DNA of 64,000 nt from Dehalococcoidia bacterium (lineage in GTDB: Bacteria > Chloroflexota > Dehalococcoidia > Lucifugimonadales > JADFKI01). The position numbers were made by a program, and so were the translations under genes. The notes below the pieces were generated by a model, which saw nothing but the letters and a program-made list of their open reading frames with translations, made no database searches and was not told the origin of the DNA. Below, piece by piece: positions 36,851 to 44,020 of this stretch (its first letter is position 1; each line of letters starts with the position of its first letter). The stretch lies in contig OY730226.1 of the NCBI GenBank assembly GCA_963422525.1, positions 2,261,813 through 2,325,812 of the forward strand, written 5' to 3'.

Positions 36851-38386
36851 CTACGCCCTATTTTTGCGCCATCGCAACAAGAACAGCCGCCACAGCGCCT
36901 CCCATATTATGCCAACGCTCAGTTTGGATTCGCCATATGCGCGGTCATAGAAAGTAATTGGATACTCGACGACTCGATGCCCAAGGCGCTGGCAGGCGTA
37001 GGCGACCTCGGCTTGAAAGCCGAATCCCTTGCAGCGAAACTCCTCGAACGCAATAGAGCCAAGCGCGTCCGCCCTAAATGCCTTGAAGCCCGTCGTAGAG
37101 TCCTTCACCTTCAGCCCCACTACAGCGCGGATACCATAGTTGGCGAAGGCACTGAGCATATGCCTTCGCAAATGCCACCCCTTATCCACATCGCCGCCGT
37201 CCGTATAGCGCGAGCCAACGACCACATCCGCCTGTCCCAGCGCATCGAGAAACTCAGGAATGTACTCCGGCGCGTGCGACAGATCGGCGTCCATTTGCAG
37301 CACATAGTCGGCGCCCTGCTCGATGGCGCGCGAAAAGCCCACTTTGTACGCCGTACCCAGCCCATTCTTGGCATCCCGCTTAATGAGTTCCAGTCGGCAG
37401 CCATACCCCTCGCCGAGCCTGCATGCCACATCAGCAGTACCGTCAGGGGAATTATCGTCCACTACTATTATTCGCGCGTTAGGAATATCGAGTGAAAAAA
37501 TACGCTCAACCAACACGGGCAGATTATCCGCTTCGTTGTATGTCGGAACCACAATGGCGACCGAATCCGCTCTTGCCATTGGCGCGGCAGTATCCGAAGA
37601 ACGGGGCGCTTCGCCGACGCTGTTGGACGGTGAATATTTGCCACGCAGACCGCGCCAGCGCACCGCAAGCACATCGCGCAGCATCGCCAACCCTGCAGAG
37701 AACGGGTTTAGCCTGCTATCTGCGTCATGATGCCACTCTATCGGCATCTCCAGGATGCGCATCCCACGCTTGCTTGCGAGATACAGCAGCTCCACATCGA
37801 AGCCCCATCCTGTCGTCTGTTGCAGCGGAAACAGTTCGCGGGCGGCAGCGGCGCTGAAGCACTTGAAGCCGCACTGCGTATCCTGCAAGCCTCGCACCGC
37901 CAGCAGGTGCACCGTCGTATTAAACGCGCGCCCCATCAGGTGGCGACTCGATGACTCACCGTATCGGTTCGCCCCCGCTATCTGGCGCGAGCCAATCACG
38001 ATGTCATACCCCGCTGACATCTGCGCCAGAAAATCCGACAGATGCGCTATCGGCATAGCCAAGTCCGCGTCGCACATGAAGCGGTACCGCCCCTTCGCCG
38101 CGAGCATCCCATGCCTTACTGCCGCCCCCTTGCCGCCATGTCGGATACTCTCCAAACAAAAGCCGTGCCGCCCCGACGACCATCGCCCCACAAGTCCCGC
38201 AGTCCCATCATCGCTGCCGTCGTCGACGACAATGACCTCCCAGTCGTATGCTTGCCCATCGAGGTACTGCGCCAGCGTCTCCAGGGTGGCGATTATCCGC
38301 GCCGCCTCATTGTAAGCAGGAACGATTACTGACAGAAAAGGAGCGGGCATAGTCGGATTCAAACTGCTATTCGTCGGGAAGCGCAT
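36851..38386 (-). CDS. fusion of two family-2 glycosyltransferase domains
   Basis: The second domain resembles polyprenol-phosphate mannose/glucose synthase. There are two separate GT2 cores: LSVIVPAYNE...VVDDGSDDGT and VAIVVPTYNEADN...VVDDNSPDGT. Start trimmed to ATG 38386 (GGGGGAGGG upstream) or 38350. The track's longer N-terminus runs through a palindromic intergenic element. Confidence 0.8.
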   Translation of the reverse strand: MRFPTNSSLNPTMPAPFLSVIVPAYNEAARIIATLETLAQYLDGQAYDWEVIVVDDGSDDGTAGLVGRWSSGRHGFCLESIRHGGKGAAVRHGMLAAKGRYRFMCDADLAMPIAHLSDFLAQMSAGYDIVIGSRQIAGANRYGESSSRHLMGRAFNTTVHLLAVRGLQDTQCGFKCFSAAAARELFPLQQTTGWGFDVELLYLASKRGMRILEMPIEWHHDADSRLNPFSAGLAMLRDVLAVRWRGLRGKYSPSNSVGEAPRSSDTAAPMARADSVAIVVPTYNEADNLPVLVERIFSLDIPNARIIVVDDNSPDGTADVACRLGEGYGCRLELIKRDAKNGLGTAYKVGFSRAIEQGADYVLQMDADLSHAPEYIPEFLDALGQADVVVGSRYTDGGDVDKGWHLRRHMLSAFANYGIRAVVGLKVKDSTTGFKAFRADALGSIAFEEFRCKGFGFQAEVAYACQRLGHRVVEYPITFYDRAYGESKLSVGIIWEALWRLFLLRWRKNRA

Positions 38387-38626
38387 TGCCCTCCCCCCTC
38401 TGGGGCTGGCAAAGATATGTAAAGTATGAAGCGAGCGGTTTCCATACCGTCGAGCATTCCACAATGTCATTCCGAGCGAAGCGAGAAATCTAAAATCGTC
38501 GCCCGCCAGCATTCTTGCCTCGCCATAGGATTTTAGGCGCTTCAATCCGTTCAGAGCCTGCCCGAAGGAATGAGGATGAAACACTGCGCCTGTGAAGAAC
38601 ACCTTCAACCCGCACACATGAAACCG

Positions 38627-39859
38627 CTAATCTTGCGGCACATCCAGATGAAAGGCGTCATGAAGCGCGCAGGCAGCTTCGGCTATTTGCGACTCATTCA
38701 CAAGACAGGTGATGCGAATCTCCGAAGTCGTAATCGAGTCTATGTTGATGCCGTTGTCGGCGAGAGCGCGGAACATCTGCGCCGCGTAGCCGGGCGCATT
38801 CTGCATGCCTGAGCCAACAATGCTGAGCTTGGCAAGCCTGCCGTCGCTGACCGTTCCGCGGCTACCCAGGGCTTCCACTACGGGCTGCACAACCTCCAGC
38901 GCGCGCGCCAGGTCGGTATGCGTTACCGTAAATGTCATGTCCGTAGTGCCATCCACGCTGGCGTTCTGCACGATGACATCCACACTGATGTCCGCAGCCG
39001 ACAACGGCTCGAACAGACTAGCAGCTATGCCAGGCCTGTCTATCACGCCAAGCACCGTTATCTTTGCCACATTGGTGTCCGTTGCGATGCCCCGCACGCG
39101 ATTGCGGATTTCGCCCACTTTGCCATTCATATCAACTTCTCCGTGAATCAGCGTACCCTTGCCGTCGGTGAAGCTCGACGCCACAAGTATAGGCACATTA
39201 TAGTGCATCCCCATTTCTATAGAGCGCGGATTCATCTTCGCCCCGTAGCTTGCAAGCTCCAGCATCTCCTCAAAGCCAATCTCGTCCAGCTTGCGCGCCT
39301 TCGGCACTAATCTAGGGTCGGCGGTATAGATGCCGTCCACATCCGTATAGACCTCGCAGCGGTCAGCGCCTACACCCGCAGCGATAGCAACCGCCGTAGT
39401 GTCCGAGCCGCCGCGCCCTAGCGTCGTGATGTCCATATCCTCCGTAATGCCCTGAAAGCCGGCGACGATGACGATGTTCCCAGACTCAATCTCGCTCATT
39501 ATGCGCCCCGGCTCAACCCCCGCGATACGCGCCCTCCCGTAGCTAGTATCGGTCAGTATGCCCGCCTGCGCCCCGCTCAGGCTCACCGACGCATACCCCA
39601 TCGTGCGAAGCGCCATCGCCATCAGCGTGCATGACACCAGCTCGCCCGTCGAAAGCAGCACATCCATCTCGCGCGCGTCCGGCCGCTCCGCAACTTGGTT
39701 CGCCAGCCCGATAAGCTCATCAGTAGTATCACCCATCGCCGACACGACCGTCACCACCTGATTACCAGAATCCCTGCTGCGCGCAATGCGCCCCGCAACA
39801 TTCCGCACCTTGCCAGCATCCGCCAGCGAACTTCCGCCATATTTCTGCACGATGATCAT
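38627..39859 (-). CDS. lysC: aspartate kinase
   Basis: MIIVQKYGGSSL, VVSAMGDTTDELI and GRGGSDTTAVAIA, with a C-terminal ACT-domain pair. Confidence 0.95.
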   Translation of the reverse strand: MIIVQKYGGSSLADAGKVRNVAGRIARSRDSGNQVVTVVSAMGDTTDELIGLANQVAERPDAREMDVLLSTGELVSCTLMAMALRTMGYASVSLSGAQAGILTDTSYGRARIAGVEPGRIMSEIESGNIVIVAGFQGITEDMDITTLGRGGSDTTAVAIAAGVGADRCEVYTDVDGIYTADPRLVPKARKLDEIGFEEMLELASYGAKMNPRSIEMGMHYNVPILVASSFTDGKGTLIHGEVDMNGKVGEIRNRVRGIATDTNVAKITVLGVIDRPGIAASLFEPLSAADISVDVIVQNASVDGTTDMTFTVTHTDLARALEVVQPVVEALGSRGTVSDGRLAKLSIVGSGMQNAPGYAAQMFRALADNGINIDSITTSEIRITCLVNESQIAEAACALHDAFHLDVPQD

Positions 39860-39880
39860 AGTAGTCGATCAGTCCTTCAG

Positions 39881-40624
39881 TCAGCCATGTTGAGCGTATT
39901 TCTTATCTATAACTACGGTGTTACTCTTTGTGTATTTCATATAGTCGCACTCGTCAATTATCTTCGCAAGGCTGTTATTGTTTGAGCAGCTAGCTGTGAA
40001 TGACTCGATAGCATTCCCATAAGATAGCCCTTCCCGATTCATCGACTCATCTATGGCATGCTTGGCAATCATCTGCATTTCGGGGAGAAATACATGCGCA
40101 TAGTCGCAACCATTACGCCCAACACAGTAGCCCGACTGAATGGCGCAGTCCCACATCACAAACAGGTCCAGATTGACGGCGGCGCTCAACATCTTCGAAG
40201 TTGCGGCCGACAAATACGCACTCCGCCCGTCCCGTCTGCGACCGGCGCCAACTATCGTATCGAATGACTTCGCAATCAAACCACTAACATTCATTCCGCT
40301 TGAAATACGACCATCGAAATCCACATCAAGCAGGCTTTCGCCTCGCAGCGAATTCAACGCAGGGACCGCTTCCTTAAAAGGCAGACAAAATCCGCTCTAC
40401 ATTCGCGCAAAACTAGGCATTCTGACATTCCATTCATTGACAAAACGAACGGCTTTTCTTGCTTCATCATCAAGGCATTCAGGATTGTTCCACTTCCTAA
40501 AGTCCCTTTGGCGTAGATACTTCGGATACGCCTCACCATATCCACCTTGATGATACTTCTCACACCCCAGCCGTATCGCCTCATACAACATCTGCGCCAA
40601 CCCTCCTATGCCAACTAACCCCAA
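39881..40624 (-). pseudogene. unknown gene interrupted by a single in-frame amber codon
   Basis: Track ORFs 40397..40624 and 39881..40357 are in the same frame (744 nt, 248 codons). Only the TAG at 40397-40399 separates them, followed by 13 sense codons. The region is AT-richer than its flanks. No family recognised. Confidence 0.55.
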
Positions 40625-40648
40625 TCCTACGCATACCGTCCATGGATG

Positions 40649-41215
40649 TTAGTCCCGCGCCAACTCACCCTGAAACACACTGTCCAAGTCTATCACCAAC
40701 CCCCCGAGAGTCGCCGAAGTGAAACTCTGACCTTCGCCATACTCGCCCGCAACCTCCAGATTGCCGTCCCGAAGAACCAGCGCCCATAATTTCCGCTCCT
40801 CCGGATCTACAAGCCACATCTCTTTGACGCCATGACGCGCGTATAACTCTCGTTTCTGCGTCCAGTCCCGTCTAACCGTAGAAGGCGACAGTATCTCCAC
40901 CACCAAGTCGGGCGCTCCCTGCACATTCGCAGCCGTGATTATGTCCGCGCGCTCCCTGGAAATGAACAGCAAGTCCGGCTGCACCACATCATGCTCAGTC
41001 AGAACCACATCGACGGGAGCATAGAACACCCAACCCAGCCCCATTTCTTCGACTGCCAGCATCAGGGCGTACAACTTCTTGCTAACCCACTGATGAACGA
41101 TGTAAGGCGCTCCAACCAAAATCAGCTCCCCGTCGATAAGTTCATACCGCTCATCACCCAGCAGGTTCGCGTAATCGTCATAAGTAAGTTTCACCTTCGG
41201 CTTGGCTTGTACCAT
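40649..41215 (-). CDS. Uma2 family (DUF820) PD-(D/E)xK-fold endonuclease, tandem copy 1
   Basis: TYDDYANL..ERYELIDGELI, QPDLLFI, PDLVVEILSPST..RD...K..LYARHGVKEMWLVDP: the Uma2 pattern. Confidence 0.85.
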   Translation of the reverse strand: MVQAKPKVKLTYDDYANLLGDERYELIDGELILVGAPYIVHQWVSKKLYALMLAVEEMGLGWVFYAPVDVVLTEHDVVQPDLLFISRERADIITAANVQGAPDLVVEILSPSTVRRDWTQKRELYARHGVKEMWLVDPEERKLWALVLRDGNLEVAGEYGEGQSFTSATLGGLVIDLDSVFQGELARD

Positions 41216-41226
41216 CTTCAGCCTCC

Positions 41227-41790
41227 CTAACTCGCCAACTCACCCTGAAACACACCGTCCAAGTCTATCACCAACCCCCTGAGAGTCGCCGAAGTGAAAC
41301 TCTGCCCCTCGCCATACTCGCCTGCAACCTCCAGATTGCCGTCCCGAAGAACCAGCGCCCATAATTTCCGCTCCTCCGGATCTACAAGCCACATCTCTTT
41401 GACGCCATGACGCGCGTATAACTCTCGTTTCTGCGTCCAGTCCCGTCTAGCCGTAGAAGGCGACAGTATCTCCACCACCAAGTCGGGCGCTCCCTGCACA
41501 TTCGCAGCCGTGATTATGTCCGCACGCTCCCTGGAAATGAACAGCAAGTCCGGCTGCACTACATCATGCTCAGTCAGAACTACATCGAACGGAGCGATAT
41601 AGATCCATCCCAATCCGTCGTCTTCTGCCGATAGCATCAACCGAAACAGCCTTTTGACTGTCCTCTGATGAATCTCATTCGGCGACCCAACCAAAATCAA
41701 CTCTCCATCGATAAGTTCATACCGCTCGTCGCCCGACAGGTTCGCGTAATCGTCATAAGTAAGTTTCACCTTCGGCTTGGTTTGTACCAT
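41227..41790 (-). CDS. Uma2 family endonuclease, tandem copy 2
   Basis: Same motifs as copy 1. An 11-nt spacer containing GGGAGG separates it from the neighbour. Confidence 0.85.
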   Translation of the reverse strand: MVQTKPKVKLTYDDYANLSGDERYELIDGELILVGSPNEIHQRTVKRLFRLMLSAEDDGLGWIYIAPFDVVLTEHDVVQPDLLFISRERADIITAANVQGAPDLVVEILSPSTARRDWTQKRELYARHGVKEMWLVDPEERKLWALVLRDGNLEVAGEYGEGQSFTSATLRGLVIDLDGVFQGELAS

Positions 41791-41801
41791 CTTCAGCCTC
41801 C

Positions 41802-42365
41802 CTAACTCGCCAACTCACCCTGAAACACACCTTCCAAGTCTATCACCAACCCCCCGAGAGTCGCCGAAGTGAAACTCTGCCCTTCGCCATACTCGCCCGC
41901 AACCTCCAAGTTGCCGTCCCGAAGAACCAGCGCCCATAGTTTCCGCTCCTCCGGATCTACAAGCCACATCTCTTTGACGCCATGACGCGCGTATAACTCT
42001 CGCTTCTGCGTCCAGTCCCGTCTAGCCGTAGAAGGCGACAGTATCTCCACCACCAAGTCGGGCGCTCCCTGCACATTCGCAGCCGTGATTATGTCCGCAC
42101 GCTCCTTGGAAATAAACAGCAAGTCCGGCTGCACCACATCGTGATCAGTCAGCACCACATCAACCGGCGCGAAGTAGAGCCATCCCAATCCGTCGTCTTC
42201 TGCCGATAGCATCAGACGAAACAATCTCTTCCCAAGCCTTTGATGAATCAGGTAAGGCGCTCCAACCAAAATCAACTCTCCATCGATAAGCTCATACCGC
42301 TCGTCGCCCGGCAGGTTCGCGTAATCGTCATAAGTAAGTTTCACCTTCGGCTTGGCTTGTACCAT
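41802..42365 (-). CDS. Uma2 family endonuclease, tandem copy 3
   Basis: Same motifs as copy 1. An 11-nt spacer containing GGGAGG separates it from the neighbour. Confidence 0.85.
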   Translation of the reverse strand: MVQAKPKVKLTYDDYANLPGDERYELIDGELILVGAPYLIHQRLGKRLFRLMLSAEDDGLGWLYFAPVDVVLTDHDVVQPDLLFISKERADIITAANVQGAPDLVVEILSPSTARRDWTQKRELYARHGVKEMWLVDPEERKLWALVLRDGNLEVAGEYGEGQSFTSATLGGLVIDLEGVFQGELAS

Positions 42366-42430
42366 CTTCAGCCTCCTTACGCTCCAACTTCATGCCGTTC
42401 GCCGTGAGCCTGTCGTTCCACTCTACCGAC

Positions 42431-43333
42431 CTACTGCCCAACCACATGCGCGCCCAGCGCAGTCGGCTGCGTTACCTTTATCATACCCTCTACGCCGGAC
42501 TTCATCGCTGCGTCCGCCATCTCGTATCCGATAGTGTACTCGCGGTCGCGCGCCAGAGCCAACACACTGGAGCCTGCGCCGGATAGGAAGACGCCCAGCG
42601 CGCCCGCAGCCATCGCCGCTCGGAAGATGTTCTTCATCGGGAAGAATATCTTCTGGCGCACCGCTTGATGCAGCATATCCTCCGTCGCAGCGCTCAGATG
42701 CTCCATGTTCCCGCTCGCAAACGCATTCACCAGCAGGGCGGCTCTGCCTATGTTGAACACGGCGTCTCGCCTGTCAACCATTTGCGGCAGCAGCCCCCGC
42801 GCCTGAGCAGTCGGCATCGGCGTTTCCGGCACGAATAACACAGCCTTCAACTCTCCCGGAATCGACACGCCGTCGGTGAGCAGCCTATCACCGTCGCTCA
42901 CTACGATGCGGCAGCCACCCAAAACCGCAGCCGCCGCGTTATCGGGGTGCCCCTCTATCTCCGAAGCAAGCTCCAATATCCGCTCACGCGACAAATTCGC
43001 GCCGCTAATCGTGCTGCCGGCAAGCAGTCCGCCCGCCACCGCAGCCGCGCTGCTGCCCAGACCGCGCCCGAGCGGAATCTCGTTCTCACACCGAATCCGC
43101 ACATGCGGCACAGGCTTGCCGATGTCGTCATACACGCGCTTGAAGCATCTGTAAATCAGGTTGTCAGCGTCCGACGGCAGGCTTTCCCTGCCCTCCCCGC
43201 TGATGACGAATCCGGTCGCGCCGACTTCTACACTGATAGTGTTCCAGATGTCCAGCGCCATCCCGAGACAATCAAAACCAGGCCCCATGTTTGCGGTTGT
43301 TGCCGGAGCTCTCACCGTAGCCGCGAGTGTCAT
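42431..43333 (-). CDS. thrB: homoserine kinase
   Basis: APATTANMGPGFDCLG and the GHMP-kinase motif PLGRGLGSSAAA. 300 aa. Confidence 0.95.
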   Translation of the reverse strand: MTLAATVRAPATTANMGPGFDCLGMALDIWNTISVEVGATGFVISGEGRESLPSDADNLIYRCFKRVYDDIGKPVPHVRIRCENEIPLGRGLGSSAAAVAGGLLAGSTISGANLSRERILELASEIEGHPDNAAAAVLGGCRIVVSDGDRLLTDGVSIPGELKAVLFVPETPMPTAQARGLLPQMVDRRDAVFNIGRAALLVNAFASGNMEHLSAATEDMLHQAVRQKIFFPMKNIFRAAMAAGALGVFLSGAGSSVLALARDREYTIGYEMADAAMKSGVEGMIKVTQPTALGAHVVGQ

Positions 43334-43597
43334 GTCGTTAGCCCGCCGTCAAATTGCGTTCGGCTCGCCTGCCTATCGTGGCAGTCGTATTGCCGCTTTC
43401 GGCAAAGCCTACCAGATACACGCACAAGGATAAAGGCACACAACTCCACAGGGAAACTTTGCCGTCCAATCGGATTAGGGGGGAACTCATCCCGCTCCTG
43501 CGTATCAGCGAAGGCTTTACGGGTAAATCAGCGGGATGTGCGTAATTGAAGGCGTGCCGTAGGTTCTCTTTGCCCACCCACGGCAGCCGATGTGGTG

Positions 43598-43789
43598 TTA
43601 CGCGGCGACCTTAGTCTTGCGCCTGCGCCCAGGCTTCCCGCGCGTCTTCGCCCAGTCGAATTCCTTCTTGGGCTTGGGCAGAATGTCCTTCGTGTAGCCA
43701 CACTGCAAACACTCTCTGTAATCGCCATACATGTCTCTGGTCAGTTTCAAGTCCCCGGCGCACCTGGGACAAGCCTTGAATTCTACCAT
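43598..43789 (-). CDS. small zinc-ribbon protein
   Basis: 63 aa from ATG 43789 (MVEFKACPRCAGDL...CLQCGY...) with two CxxC pairs and a basic tail. The longer track ORF extends into an AT-rich, non-coding-looking stretch. Confidence 0.5.
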   Translation of the reverse strand: MVEFKACPRCAGDLKLTRDMYGDYRECLQCGYTKDILPKPKKEFDWAKTRGKPGRRRKTKVAA

Positions 43790-44020
43790 TTCGCTTGTTC
43801 CGTCCTTTCTCCGCGACGAACTCCGTACATCACTCAACTCAATACTTATGCCACAATAATATGTCCGATTTATAATATCTACATGATTTGCATGATAGCC
43901 ATTATTACTTTTTATAATATTAGCGTCGCTCCCGACAGATATTATAGGATAACGCCGTACAAAATTGCGCAAGCCCTCTGCTAGTAAAGGATAAGACGAA
44001 AGAACAAGCGCATAGCCAAG

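Noticed and set aside
38468-38572. Imperfect palindromic element (CATTCCGAGCGAAGCGAGAAATCTAAAATC ... GATTTTAGGCGCTTC ... GGAATG) reminiscent of REP/MITE-like intergenic repeats
   Set aside because: There is only one copy in the window and the arms pair imperfectly. It may simply be the lysC terminator. A genome-wide copy count is needed before calling it a repeat family.
38387-38617. N-terminal 77 codons of the track ORF for the GT2 fusion protein
   Set aside because: The extension has no GT2 similarity and runs through a palindromic intergenic element. A strong SD (GGGGGAGGG) precedes the internal ATG at 38386.
39860-39880. Lysine riboswitch upstream of lysC
   Set aside because: Only 21 nt separate lysC from the preceding ORF. 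The upstream sequence is coding-like, and I see no L-box features.
43790-43972. N-terminal half of the 124-aa ORF upstream of the zinc-ribbon core
   Set aside because: The stretch is very AT-rich with an implausible composition (NIIKSNNGYHANHVDIINRTYY). A good SD-like purine tract precedes the internal ATG at 43789. It is more likely promoter or intergenic DNA.
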